DNA from: Sphingomonadaceae bacterium
Lineage (GTDB): Bacteria; Chloroflexota; UBA6077
Length of the DNA stretch: 21,880 nt
NCBI GenBank assembly: GCA_050261575.1
Contig: JBLNDL010000093.1
Coordinates: 62,001 to 83,880, forward strand
Reading direction: 5' to 3'
The notes under the pieces were generated by a model that did not search any database, was not told the DNA's origin, and saw only the letters and a list, made by a program, of their open reading frames with translations. This document shows, piece after piece, positions 1 to 9,182 of this stretch. Numbering within the stretch: the first letter of the stretch is position 1; each line of letters begins with the position of its first letter. A program made the translations under genes and the position numbers.

Positions 1-3
1 GTG

Positions 4-37
4 CCTTCACCCTAACCCACTCTCTGTGGGAGAGGGG
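4..37. repeat. Degenerate REP-like element (CCTTCACCCTAACCCACTCTCTGTGGGAGAGGGG) just downstream of the narG stop
   Basis: Matches the CCCTCACCCTAACCCTCTCCC-N3-GGGAGAGGG hairpin pattern with a few mismatches. The same motif family occurs at 1729-1810. Confidence 0.65.
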
Positions 38-48
38 ATGGCGCCCCC

Positions 49-3000
49 CTACCACTTCAGTTCCGGCAGCTTCCGCACGAACACGAAGGTGTCCCGGTTG
101 AAGCCGATGGGCCCCCAGTAGTTGAAGGCGTAGGTGAACTGGCCGTAGCCTCCGGCCATCAGCACCGGGTTCAGCCGAGCGCGCGTGAGGCTGTTGTTGC
201 TGCCGGCGCGCCGGTTTCCCCTCACGGGAGACCTGGGCACCGATATGGTTCGCTCCGTGGCGTGGTACAGGAGGGCGATGCCGCGAGGGATCCGGGCGCT
301 CACCGCCGCTCGGGTCACCACCACCCCGTTGTCGTTGTACAGCTCCACCCAGTCGTTGTCCCGCACCCCCAGCGCCTCGGCGTCCCGATCGTTCATCCAC
401 ACCGGATCGATCCCTCGGGAGAGGGTGAGCATTCGGTGGTTGTCGGCGTAGGTGGAGTGGATGTGCCACTTGCCGTGAGGAGTCAGAATGTTCACCAGCA
501 TCGCGTTGCCATCCACCCGGCTGCCCTCCAACTCGTGGAGGGAGTTGTGTCCTGGCCTCGCTTTGTAGGTAGGCAGATGCTCCCCGAACTCCACGTAGAG
601 CTGGTGGTCCAGGTAGAAGTGCTGCCGGCCGGTGAGGGTCCGCCACGGCACCAGCCGCTCCACGTTGAGCGTGAAGCCCGCGTAGGCGCGGCCGTCGTTG
701 ACGATCCCGGACCAGCAGGGACTGGTGAGGATGCGGCGGGGTTGCTGCACCAGGTCATCGAAGCTGTAGCGGATCGCCCGGTGGCGCTCCGCCAGGTCGG
801 TGAGGGGCACGCCGGTCTTGGCCTCCTCCGCCTGGAAGGCCCGATACGCCACCTCGCCGTTCGTCTCGGGCGCGAGGTGGAGGATGACGTTGGCGGCATC
901 CACCGCCTCGGCCAGGCTGGGGTAGCTCTGTCCGCCCCACCGTTCGCTGGGCCGGGTAGCCGCAAGCTCGTCGTACATGTCTGCCACGTCCCAGTGGAGG
1001 CCGTGGGCCGATAGGCCGTCGCTCCGAACCTTCGGGCCGAGCGAGACGAAGCGGTTGTAGAGGTTCACGTAGTCTCGCTCCACCACCACCAGCCGTGGCA
1101 TGGTCTTGCCGGGGATCGGCTCGCACTCCCCCCTCGCCCAGTCCTCGATCTGGCTCTGGGCCATCTCGTCGGGAGTGTCGTGTTGCAGGGGCACAGCCAC
1201 GATGTCCTTGACCGGCAGCGGGAGGTGGGTTCTGGCCAGCTCGGAGACCTTCCTGGCCAGGGACTTGAAGATCTCCCAGTCGCTTCTGGATTCCCAGCAG
1301 GGGGGCACCACCTGGTTCAGGGGGTGCACGTAGGAGTGAAGGTCGGTCGAGTTCAAATCGGTCTTCTCGTACCACGTGGCGGCGGGCAGGACCACGTCGG
1401 AGTAGAGTGCCGAGGTGTCCATCCGGAAGTTGAGGTCCACCACTAGGTCGAACTTGCCGCTGGGGACCTCGGCCCGCCAGACCACGTCTTCCACGCTTCC
1501 CTCGGCCAGCTCGGCGGCCACCGCGTTGCTGTGGGTTCCGAGGTAGTGCCTCAGGAAGAACTCGTGGCCCTTGGCGCTGGCGTTGAGGGCGTTGCCCCGC
1601 CAGATGAACCACACCCGCGGCCAGTTCTCCGGGGCGTCCGGATCCTCGACGGCGAAGCGCAACGGGGGCCGAGGACTGGGGGCTGGGGACTGAGGACCGA
1701 GCGCGGAGTCCTGGGCGTCGAGTGTCTCGCCTCTCCCAGAGGGAGAGGCCGGCCAAGCGGAGCGAGCACGGGTGAGGGGTGCTCGGTCGATATCGGTTGG
1801 ACCCTCACCCTGTCTCCCCACAACCCCGTCCTTCAGGGCCTGTACCACCCAGGCGACGATCTCCTGATCGCTGGTGGCGCCTGCGGCGATGGCCTCCCTT
1901 ACGAGCTCCAGCGAGTTGTGGTTGAACTGGGGGTAGGAGGGCAGCCAGCCCAGCCGCACCGCCTTCGCCTGGAGGTCGACGGTGTGACCCCTGGCGTGCT
2001 TTGCGCCGGGTGGAACGGGGTGGTACTCGGTGAACTCCCGCTCGTAGCGCCACTGGTCCGAGTTCACGTAATGGAAGGAGGGGGTGTTCTGCAGCCTCGG
2101 CGGCCTCTGCCAGTCGCCAGCGAAGGCGATGGCGGCCCAGGGCGCCACGGGCACCAGCTTCTCCTGCCCCACGTAGTGGTTCATGCCCCCGCCGTTGCGG
2201 CCCACGCAGCCGCACAGCATCAACGCCACGATGGCAGAGCGGTATATCAGGTTGTTGTGGTACCAGTGGTTCACACCGGCACCCACGATCACCATGGATC
2301 TCCCCTCGGTGCGCTCGGCGTTGCCGGCGAACTCGCGGGCGAAGCGGATCAGGGTCTGGCGGTCGATGCCGGTGAGCTTCTCCTGCCAGGCGGGGGTGTA
2401 TGGCGCATCCTCGTCGTAGCCTTGTGGGTAGTCGCCGGGCAACCCCCGAGAGACCCCGAACTGGGCCATCAGGAGGTCCATGATGGTGGTCACGGCTACC
2501 CTGCCCTGCTCGGTCTCGACGTACCGAGCCGGTACCCCGCGCAGGGGTGCCGCCCCGTCGCCGAAGTCTGCGATCCGCACCTGCAGCACCTCGTCCCTAT
2601 GCTCCAGGAAGGAGAGGAGCGGGTCCAGCGGGGTGTCGTCGACGGCGTCTTCCAGCCGGAGGTTCCACTTCCCCTTCTCCTGGCCCCAGCGGCTGCCCAG
2701 GGTGCCCTTGGGGAGCCGGGGCTGGCCCGTGGCGCGGTCGAACACCAGGAACTTCCAGTCTCCGTTCTCCTGGCCACGGTATCGTGGGATCGCTCCCGCC
2801 CGGAGGAGGCGGCCTGGACGGTAGGACTGAGTGCTGGGATCCGAGTTCTGGGTGGGATGCGGGGTGGAGGACTCGGGACAACCCTCAGCGGCCCCCTCGG
2901 GCTCCAGGACGACCAGGAAGGGGCAGTCGGTGTAGCGTTTCAGGTAGTCCAGGAAGTATGGTGTCTGCCTCTCGGCAATGAACTCCTTCAGGATGACGTG

Positions 3001-3882
3001 GTTGGTGGCCATCCAGAATGCCCCATCCTGGCCTGCGTTCACCGGCAACCACCAGTCGGCGTACTTGGAGACCTGGCTGAAGTCTGGCGAGAGGACCACC
3101 AGCTTGGCCCCCGCGTGGCGGGCCTCCGCCACGAAGTGCACGTCCGGTGTGCGGGTCATGCTGAGGTTGGCGCCCATCACCACGATGTAGCTGGAGTTGT
3201 ACCAGTCGGCGCTCTCGGCCACGTCGGTCTGCTCACCCCAGGTCTCGGGGAAGGCGTTGGGTAGGTCGGCGTACCAGTCGTAGAAGCTCATGCTCACCCC
3301 GCCCAAGAGCTGCACGAAGCGGGATCCGCCGGCGTAGCTCAGCATCGACATGGCGGGGATGGGGGAGAAGCCGAGGATGCGATCGGGGCCGTGGCGCTTG
3401 ACGGTGTAGACGACGGAGGAGGCCATCAACTCCAGCACCTCGTCCCAACCGGCGCGCCGGAAGCCGCCCTTGCCGCGGGCTCGCTGGTAGCCGGATCGGG
3501 CCGCATCGTTCTCCACGATGGAGGCCCAGGCGTCCACCGGGTCCGAATGCTGCCGTCGCGCCTCCCTCCATAGGTCCAGCAGGACGCCTCGCGCGTAGGG
3601 ATACTTCACCCGCAGGGGGCTGTAGATGTACCAGGAGAAGGAGATGCCCCGCTGGCATCCCCTGGGCTCGTAGGGCGGGAGTCCCGCCTCCAGGGAGGGG
3701 TAGTCCAGGGCCTGGGCCTCCCAGGTGACGATGCCGTCTTTGACGTAGACGTTCCAGGAGCAGCCGCCGGTGCAGTTCACCCCGTGGGTGCTCCGCACCA
3801 CCTTGTCGTGCTGCCAGCGGTTCCGGTAGAACTCCTCCCAGTTGCGGGCCCCAGGGCTCAGGATGTCTGTTATCCAGCTCAT
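49..3882 (-). CDS. narG: Respiratory nitrate reductase / nitrite oxidoreductase alpha subunit (type II Mo-bisPGD enzyme, cytoplasmic type), with two in-frame repeat-derived insertions
   Basis: 1277-aa ORF. FS0 motif HGVNCTGGC...GCQRG, Mo-ligand region [53 protein letters not shown]. No Tat signal. The start overlaps the upstream stop (ATGA) and has an AGGAG/GGGGG SD-like sequence. Confidence 0.95.
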   Translation of the reverse strand: MSWITDILSPGARNWEEFYRNRWQHDKVVRSTHGVNCTGGCSWNVYVKDGIVTWEAQALDYPSLEAGLPPYEPRGCQRGISFSWYIYSPLRVKYPYARGVLLDLWREARRQHSDPVDAWASIVENDAARSGYQRARGKGGFRRAGWDEVLELMASSVVYTVKRHGPDRILGFSPIPAMSMLSYAGGSRFVQLLGGVSMSFYDWYADLPNAFPETWGEQTDVAESADWYNSSYIVVMGANLSMTRTPDVHFVAEARHAGAKLVVLSPDFSQVSKYADWWLPVNAGQDGAFWMATNHVILKEFIAERQTPYFLDYLKRYTDCPFLVVLEPEGAAEGCPESSTPHPTQNSDPSTQSYRPGRLLRAGAIPRYRGQENGDWKFLVFDRATGQPRLPKGTLGSRWGQEKGKWNLRLEDAVDDTPLDPLLSFLEHRDEVLQVRIADFGDGAAPLRGVPARYVETEQGRVAVTTIMDLLMAQFGVSRGLPGDYPQGYDEDAPYTPAWQEKLTGIDRQTLIRFAREFAGNAERTEGRSMVIVGAGVNHWYHNNLIYRSAIVALMLCGCVGRNGGGMNHYVGQEKLVPVAPWAAIAFAGDWQRPPRLQNTPSFHYVNSDQWRYEREFTEYHPVPPGAKHARGHTVDLQAKAVRLGWLPSYPQFNHNSLELVREAIAAGATSDQEIVAWVVQALKDGVVGRQGEGPTDIDRAPLTRARSAWPASPSGRGETLDAQDSALGPQSPAPSPRPPLRFAVEDPDAPENWPRVWFIWRGNALNASAKGHEFFLRHYLGTHSNAVAAELAEGSVEDVVWRAEVPSGKFDLVVDLNFRMDTSALYSDVVLPAATWYEKTDLNSTDLHSYVHPLNQVVPPCWESRSDWEIFKSLARKVSELARTHLPLPVKDIVAVPLQHDTPDEMAQSQIEDWARGECEPIPGKTMPRLVVVERDYVNLYNRFVSLGPKVRSDGLSAHGLHWDVADMYDELAATRPSERWGGQSYPSLAEAVDAANVILHLAPETNGEVAYRAFQAEEAKTGVPLTDLAERHRAIRYSFDDLVQQPRRILTSPCWSGIVNDGRAYAGFTLNVERLVPWRTLTGRQHFYLDHQLYVEFGEHLPTYKARPGHNSLHELEGSRVDGNAMLVNILTPHGKWHIHSTYADNHRMLTLSRGIDPVWMNDRDAEALGVRDNDWVELYNDNGVVVTRAAVSARIPRGIALLYHATERTISVPRSPVRGNRRAGSNNSLTRARLNPVLMAGGYGQFTYAFNYWGPIGFNRDTFVFVRKLPELKW
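1666..1721 (-). repeat. Array of 8 degenerate heptamers (consensus about YCRGNCC) inside narG
   Basis: mRNA sense: TCGACGC CCAGGAC TCCGCGC TCGGTCC TCAGTCC CCAGCCC CCAGTCC TCGGCCC. Confidence 0.7.
1729..1810. repeat. REP/RIME-like double hairpin inside narG
   Basis: GCCTCTCCC-AGA-GGGAGAGGC is a 9-bp stem at 1729-1749. GGGTGAGGG (1770-1778) pairs with CCCTCACCC (1802-1810). Confidence 0.8.
2824..2851 (-). repeat. Short heptamer array inside narG (second insertion)
   Basis: mRNA sense: CCAGAAC TCGGATC CCAGCAC TCAGTCC. It shares the 12-mer CTCAGTCCTACC with the intergenic array at 14175-14186. Confidence 0.55.
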
Positions 3883-4793
3883 CTCCTACCCCCTCGTACC
3901 AGTTCCTTACGAACTCCCCGCGCGCGACCTCGCCACACCAGTTGGGCCAGCCCCAGGAGGACCGCGAAGACGCCGAGTCCGATCACGGGGAAGAGGTAAT
4001 CCGGGGATGGCGCCGGCTGCACGTCCATCTCCACGAAGAGTGCCGCCAGGTCCGAGATCTCGCTGTCCGTGAGGGGTCGGGTGGCGAACGCCTCGGTCAT
4101 CCCGGGGAAGGGTGGCGATTTCATGATCGATACCAACCCGGCCGTGCCGGTTCTGGTCTGGGAGTTGGTCAGGTCCAGCCCCCAGTTGCCGCCCCCCAAC
4201 GCCCCCATCCCGGCGGCGTTGTGGCAGCCTATGCAGGCGGGGCCGCCGTTGGCGAGCCGTCGCTCGCCGGTGAAAAGGGCTCGACCGATCTGGGGGTCGC
4301 CCAGGGGAAGCGAGGCGGGGGCCTGCCCCGCCGTGGCGGCTTGCCCGCCGCTCTGGATTTCGATGTAGGAGACTATCGCCTCGGCGTCGGCGGTGGAGAT
4401 GCCGAGATTGGGCATCGGCATGCCATACTCCTGGACGAGCTGCTGGGCGGTGGCGTCGCCGGAGGCGATCAGCTTGTCTGGCTCCACGATCATCCGCACC
4501 AGCCAGTCGCGAGGCCGAAGGTCGGTGACCCCCTTAAGGTCGGGACCGGCCAACCTCCCTCCGCCGATGGAGTGGCAGCCCGCGCACTTCTGGCTGAAGA
4601 GGGTCTGCGCCTGGGATGTGTCCTGAGCGGCTACCGGCGCGGCGGGTTGGGGGGTAGCGGGTGTGGCAACTGCAGCGGCGCCCTGTTCCGACATGGCCTC
4701 TGCTTGCCAGCGGTACGTCGTCACTGCCAGCATGGCGCCAAGGGCTACGGAGCCGATGACCAGCCCTACTCCGAGAAGGTGAACCGATCTCAT
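3879..4793 (-). CDS. narC: Dihaem c-type cytochrome with N-terminal signal/anchor and C-terminal TM helix (NarC-like)
   Basis: Two CxxCH motifs (CAGCH, CIGCH) with downstream Met candidates (MPMP, PGM), hydrophobic termini, and translational coupling to narG. ATG 4793 has a GGAG SD. The arrangement resembles Thermus narC-narG. Confidence 0.8.
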   Translation of the reverse strand: MRSVHLLGVGLVIGSVALGAMLAVTTYRWQAEAMSEQGAAAVATPATPQPAAPVAAQDTSQAQTLFSQKCAGCHSIGGGRLAGPDLKGVTDLRPRDWLVRMIVEPDKLIASGDATAQQLVQEYGMPMPNLGISTADAEAIVSYIEIQSGGQAATAGQAPASLPLGDPQIGRALFTGERRLANGGPACIGCHNAAGMGALGGGNWGLDLTNSQTRTGTAGLVSIMKSPPFPGMTEAFATRPLTDSEISDLAALFVEMDVQPAPSPDYLFPVIGLGVFAVLLGLAQLVWRGRARGVRKELVRGGRR

Positions 4794-5014
4794 TGGCGAC
4801 ACTCCAGCACGAAAGCGGTTGCCTGCCCTCTACTCGCAAACGTGAAGGGCAGCCGCCCTGTCGAGAACCTGCCGTAGTACGTCGACGAATGGTCGCCGAT
4901 ATGCGAAGCCCGGGGGCGGCGGCATCGGCGCCCCCTGAGCGCAGCATGCGCAAAGCGGAACCGCCGGGTGGCGCTGCTCGCTGGAGTGGCTCGAGTGCGC
5001 CTGCCTCGAGGGAC

Positions 5015-5030
5015 TGCAAGCACTATGCCA
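5015..5030 (-). promoter_or_regulatory. Sigma54 (-24/-12) promoter motif upstream of narC-narG
   Basis: Minus strand reads TGGCATAGTGCTTGCA: GG-N10-GC with TGGCA and TTGCA flanks. Confidence 0.65.
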
Positions 5031-5097
5031 CCTGGTTGTAGTAGTTGGCACCTCCTCGAGCTTTGTGCGATGCTAAGCGGCTGCGGGCATCCTCTTC

Positions 5098-5113
5098 TGC
5101 GACTTTTGTCACA
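5098..5113. promoter_or_regulatory. Crp/Fnr-type palindrome (TGCGA-N6-TCACA), or an enhancer-binding-protein site
   Basis: One mismatch to TGTGA-N6-TCACA. Minus-strand TAGCAT at 5070-5075 sits at class II spacing. Confidence 0.6.
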
Positions 5114-5241
5114 GGGCGGCGATCGGAGCGTGGATGGGTGGCGTCGCGGCTGGCGCTGGGTACTGGGGCACCAGATCGGCAGGCACCGGGCCAGGTTCCT
5201 GCAGCTATTGGGTGCGGCAGAAAGAACAGGGGGTGGTTGAG

Positions 5242-6006
5242 ATGGCCGGTGGCGTGCCTCTATACGATCGGTTCAGCGAGAGCTACGACGTGATGGTGGA
5301 CTGGAAGGAGCGGCTGGAGCGGGAGGAGCCCTTCTTCCGCTCGCTCTTTGAGCGGGTGGGTGCCCGAAGGGTGCTGGACGTGGGATGCGCCACGGGTGGC
5401 CACGTGCTGTGCTTCGCCGACATGGGGCTGGAGGCCGTGGGGGTGGATCCATCCCTGGAGATGGTGCGCAGGGCCGAGGCCCGGGCAGGCGGCAGGCCGA
5501 GGGTGCGCTTCCTTCAGGCTGGGTTTGGGGAGCTGGCCAAACGTGTGGGTGGAGTGTTCGACGTGGTCACCTGCCTGGGCAACACCCTTCCCCACGCGAC
5601 GACCAGGCCGCGGCTGGATCGGGCGCTGGCGGACATGGCGGCGGTGCTGAGGCCGGGCGGACTGTTAGCGATCCAGCAGCTCAACTACGATCGGATACTG
5701 GCGGAGCGGCGTCGCTTCCTGGGGGTGTCCTCCGGGATCCGGGATGGCATCGAGCACCTCTTCTTCCGGTTCTACGACTTCGACAGAGAGAATCTGACTT
5801 TCAACGTGGTGACCTTCAAGAAGGATGCCGGCCGGTGGGGTTTCCAGGTGGACTCGACCCCCCTCAGGGCGATCCGCTGGGCCGAGCTATCCGAGGCCTT
5901 GTCCGGGGCCGGCTTCGGCTCTGTGGAGTGGTACGGCGGCTACGACCGGAGCGCTTTCGACCCCTCCTCGTCGAACGATCTGGTGGTGGTCGCGACGCGA
6001 GTGTAG
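5242..6006 (+). CDS. Class I SAM-dependent methyltransferase (glycine/sarcosine N-methyltransferase-like)
   Basis: VLDVGCATG motif I, FDVVTCLGNTLPH, LRPGG. SD GGGGGTGG precedes ATG 5242. Confidence 0.85.
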   Translation: MAGGVPLYDRFSESYDVMVDWKERLEREEPFFRSLFERVGARRVLDVGCATGGHVLCFADMGLEAVGVDPSLEMVRRAEARAGGRPRVRFLQAGFGELAKRVGGVFDVVTCLGNTLPHATTRPRLDRALADMAAVLRPGGLLAIQQLNYDRILAERRRFLGVSSGIRDGIEHLFFRFYDFDRENLTFNVVTFKKDAGRWGFQVDSTPLRAIRWAELSEALSGAGFGSVEWYGGYDRSAFDPSSSNDLVVVATRV

Positions 6007-6067
6007 ATCCGCCCGCGCCGGTGGCCCAGGCAGCCCCAGCCGCGATAAGCTAGCCGCTGCGGCCGAC

Positions 6068-6110
6068 TTGCCACCGCGAGTTCGTCTCCTGTATTATCAG
6101 TCTCACTGAT
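6068..6110 (+). promoter_or_regulatory. Sigma70-type promoter with overlapping MarR operator palindrome
   Basis: TTGCCA (6068-6073)-N18-TATTAT (6092-6097). Inverted repeat ATCAGT-CTC-ACTGAT (6096-6110) lies directly before the marR ATG. Confidence 0.65.
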
Positions 6111-6113
6111 GAT

Positions 6114-6608
6114 ATGGATACCGAAGTAATCTTCCCCGAACCTGTGGCGGCACGCCGGCGGGTTGCAGAGCGGCTGCTGGAGGTCGTGCCGCGTTTGCGG
6201 CGGCTGCTTTCGTCGGAGTCCCAGCCTGGCGATGGCTCGGGATCCCTCACGATCACCCAGCTTCGGGCCCTCGGACTCCTGAAGCGAGGCTGCCGGCTGC
6301 CCAGCGAGTTGGCCCGCGATCTGGGCGTCACCCCCGCCACCTCCAGCGAACTGGTCGAAGTGCTGGTCCGTCGAGGGCTCGTGGAGCGTGGCGGCGAGCC
6401 CGAGGATAGGCGCCTCACCCCCCTTCGAGTCACAGCAGCCGGTCTGACTCGCCTGGAGGACGCCCGCGCCCGTGCTCTGGTCGCCGTGGAGTCTCTGCTC
6501 GAGGGCTTGGAGCCCGCGGAACTGGAGGTGTTCGAGAAGGGGCTGGAATCGCTGCTGAACCGGATGCGTGAGAGGCTCTCGTCGTCGAGGAGCGGCCATG
6601 CTGGCTGA
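6114..6608 (+). CDS. MarR family transcriptional regulator
   Basis: LTITQLRALGLL...PSELARDLGVTPATSSELVEVLVRRGLVER...EDRR...VTAAG winged-HTH pattern. Confidence 0.9.
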   Translation: MDTEVIFPEPVAARRRVAERLLEVVPRLRRLLSSESQPGDGSGSLTITQLRALGLLKRGCRLPSELARDLGVTPATSSELVEVLVRRGLVERGGEPEDRRLTPLRVTAAGLTRLEDARARALVAVESLLEGLEPAELEVFEKGLESLLNRMRERLSSSRSGHAG

Positions 6609-7887
6609 GAAGTGGCAGCGCAATCTGGCTGCCCTCGTCCTGGGCCAGGCCCTGAACATGGTGGCCTTCAGCTTCGTCTTCTCCTTCTTTCCCCTCTACG
6701 TCCAGACCCTGGGGGTGAGCGGCACCGAGGAGGCCGCGCAGTGGTCGGGCATGATCATCGCCGCCACCGCAATCTCGATGGCCATCTCCCAACCGATCTG
6801 GGGGAACCTGGCGGACCGATGCGGCCGGAAGCCGATGCTGATGCGGTCGATGCTGGGCGGCTCAGTGGTGCTGACGCTGATGGGGATGGTCCAGTCCCCC
6901 GAGCAGCTTCTGGCGATGCGCTTCGTCCAGGGGTTGGTGTCGGGGACGGTCGCTGCGGGCAACGCCCTCGTGGCCGCCTCGGTCCCCAGGCAGCGGCTCG
7001 GCTTCGCCCTCGGGTTGATGCAGGTGGCCTTCTTCTTCGGTACCTCGGTGGGGCCGTTACTCGGTGGAGTGATGGCCGACCTATGGGGGTTCCGGGTGCC
7101 CTTCTTCGCTGCGGGAGCCATGCTTGCCATCGGCCTGCTGGTGGTGACGATCTTCGTGCGAGAGGAGTTCACCCCACCATCCTCGGCGGCGAGCCGCGCC
7201 GGGGTGTGGACCCAGAGCCGCGCCCTGCTGGCCATGCCCGTTATCCCCATCCTGCTGAGCGTGCTGTTACTGATCCAGTTGGGAAACGTGATCGTCAGCC
7301 CCGTGCTCAGCCTGTTCATCGCCGAACTGAACGCCAGCGAGAAGGCGGGCACCGCGGCGGGAGTCGTCCTGGGGGCGACCGGCGCCGCCAGCGCCGTCTC
7401 CGCCCTTGCGCTGGGGCGGCTGGGCGACCGGATCGGTCACGCCGTGATCCTGCCGGTATGCCTGGTCGGGGCGGCAGTCACCTACTTCCCCCAGGGTATG
7501 GTCCAGCAGGTGTGGCAGTTGTTGCTGCTGAGGGGACTGCTCGGTCTCTTCCTGGGTGGGCTGATGCCCAGCGCCAACGCCCTGCTGGCGGGCGCGGTGC
7601 CACGTGAGCGGCGTGGTGCGGCGTTCGGCCTCAGCTCCGCGGCTCAGGCGATGGCCAACTTCGTGGGACCTCTCTCCGGGGCGGCCATCACCACTCACCT
7701 CGGGCTACGGTCCATCTTCGCCATCACCGGAGCCCTCTACATCCTTGCCTACGGCTGGGTGATCGCGGGCTTCCGCCGCAGCCCGATGCCGGCCCCAGCG
7801 TCCCGTATCGAGGTGGCCGGATCATCTCACGTTCCCGCGGATGTCCCCGCGGACGCCGGCACGCCTCCAAGCAAGGGTGTGGAGTAG
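6598..7887 (+). CDS. MFS drug:H+ antiporter (DHA1, MdtG-like)
   Basis: About 12 hydrophobic segments, motif A (GNLADRCGRKPM) and the repeated GRLGDRIG. GAGGAG SD before ATG 6598. Overlaps the marR end. Confidence 0.9.
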   Translation: MLAEKWQRNLAALVLGQALNMVAFSFVFSFFPLYVQTLGVSGTEEAAQWSGMIIAATAISMAISQPIWGNLADRCGRKPMLMRSMLGGSVVLTLMGMVQSPEQLLAMRFVQGLVSGTVAAGNALVAASVPRQRLGFALGLMQVAFFFGTSVGPLLGGVMADLWGFRVPFFAAGAMLAIGLLVVTIFVREEFTPPSSAASRAGVWTQSRALLAMPVIPILLSVLLLIQLGNVIVSPVLSLFIAELNASEKAGTAAGVVLGATGAASAVSALALGRLGDRIGHAVILPVCLVGAAVTYFPQGMVQQVWQLLLLRGLLGLFLGGLMPSANALLAGAVPRERRGAAFGLSSAAQAMANFVGPLSGAAITTHLGLRSIFAITGALYILAYGWVIAGFRRSPMPAPASRIEVAGSSHVPADVPADAGTPPSKGVE

Positions 7888-7893
7888 CGTTTC

Positions 7894-7909
7894 GGAGCCT
7901 CCGGGCTCC
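7894..7909. terminator. Small hairpin between the convergent MFS and azlD genes
   Basis: GGAGCC-TCCG-GGCTCC, with no clear U-tract. Confidence 0.3.
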
Positions 7910-7928
7910 AGACAGCGACCCTCGAGTG

Positions 7929-8249
7929 TCAGCGCAGCACTAGCTCCCCGAGCAGCGCCACGGCGATGCCGGCGCCGACGGCCTTGGAGAGGTTGTGGGT
8001 GGCCAGGATCACCGCCAGGGTGGCCGCTCCTGCCCAGAGGTGGCCGTTGGAGGGGGTGATGGCGGGCGCGCCGTCCCGCAGCAGCAGCCCCGGAAAGACG
8101 AGGGCGGCGAAGACGGCCGGCGGCACGTAGTGAAGCCATCGGACGAGGCGATCCGGCAGCTTTCGGGCGGAAAGCGCCAGCATCGGTGCCAGCCGGACCG
8201 GATAGGTGGCCAGCATCATGGCCAGTACGAACGCTACTTTGCCTTCCAT
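7929..8249 (-). CDS. azlD: AzlD family branched-chain amino acid exporter, small subunit
   Basis: TYPVRLAP...WLHYVPPAVFAALVFP motif. Overlaps the azlC end. Confidence 0.85.
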   Translation of the reverse strand: MEGKVAFVLAMMLATYPVRLAPMLALSARKLPDRLVRWLHYVPPAVFAALVFPGLLLRDGAPAITPSNGHLWAGAATLAVILATHNLSKAVGAGIAVALLGELVLR

Positions 8250-8935
8250 CGTTCCAGCACCATTCCCAAGGTTGCGCCGGCCAACCCGACCAGGATCACG
8301 TTTCCGAAGCTGATCTGCCAGAGGTAGAGCGCCACCGATAGGGCGGAGGAGAAGATGGCCACGACCACCGCGATCCTATCCCTGCAGGACATCACCAGCA
8401 GGGATAGGAAGACGGCCGGCAGGGCGAAGGCCATGGAGTCCCTCACCAGGGGCGGCAGCAGCTCGCCCGCCGCGTGGCCCGCCAGGGTGCCGGCGTTCCA
8501 GGTGGTGTAGGTGACCAGGTTGGCCCCCAGCAGGTACCATCGATCGGCCTCGGCCCGGGCGAAGCGGGTGATGGAGAGGCCGAAGGTCTCGTCCGTGAGG
8601 TGGAAGGCCAGCAGCGAGAGGAACCGGCGGGGCGCGTCGCGCAGGTAGACCGCCAGGGACGCGCTCATGAGGGCGTGGCGCAGGTTGACGAAGAAGGTGG
8701 TGATAGCCACCTCCAGGACGCCAGCCCCTCCGGCGATCAGAGCGATGGCGATGAACTGGCTGGCGCCCGCGTAGACCAGCAGGGACATCAGGCTCGCCTC
8801 CAGGGCGGAGAGGCCGTACTCCCGTGCGGCGATGCCGAAGGCCATGCCCAGGGGAAGGAAGCCCAGCAGCAGGGATATGGAATCCCGGGCTCCGCGCAGC
8901 ATGCCGGCGGGGATGCCCTTCGTCGGTGCGATCAA
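8234..8935 (-). CDS. azlC: AzlC family branched-chain amino acid exporter permease (start TTG 8935 or ATG 8902)
   Basis: MSLLVYAGASQF, VNLRHALMSASL and LTDETFG motifs. GGAGG lies 11 nt before TTG 8935. Confidence 0.88.
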   Translation of the reverse strand: MIAPTKGIPAGMLRGARDSISLLLGFLPLGMAFGIAAREYGLSALEASLMSLLVYAGASQFIAIALIAGGAGVLEVAITTFFVNLRHALMSASLAVYLRDAPRRFLSLLAFHLTDETFGLSITRFARAEADRWYLLGANLVTYTTWNAGTLAGHAAGELLPPLVRDSMAFALPAVFLSLLVMSCRDRIAVVVAIFSSALSVALYLWQISFGNVILVGLAGATLGMVLERWKAK

Positions 8936-9182
8936 GGTGTGCGTTGCCTCCAGGAGAGAGCATCTCAACGGTTCGTCCCGCCCCGGCCGAGCATCGCTTC
9001 CCCGAAGTGATAGTGGTGGCGGGAGCGCCCATTCTACTGCAATCGTAGGGGGTTTTCCCAGAGAGGGTGGATTGGGGGCAGTTGCGTGCCGCGGTAGAAT
9101 CGCCTTTGGCTCTGGGCAGCCAGGTGCCCCGGAGCCGGACATAACGGACCACCCCCTGCAAGGGGTGAGAGGGAGGGGATCC

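Noticed and set aside
48..57. Same 10-mer CCTACCACTT (K-W-stop) at the ends of narG and copA (14181-14190)
   Set aside because: It is short, and the terminal Trp is natural for this enzyme family. Probably coincidence.
1663..1824. Intein or self-splicing intron as the explanation for the narG insertion
   Set aside because: There are no C/S...HN intein termini, and it is far too short for group I/II intron cores.
4830..5051. 73-aa ORF starting at GTG 5051
   Set aside because: The GTG is part of the GAGGAGGTG SD-like string itself, and the ORF runs through the sigma54 motif. Only the distal 31 codons were kept as a candidate.
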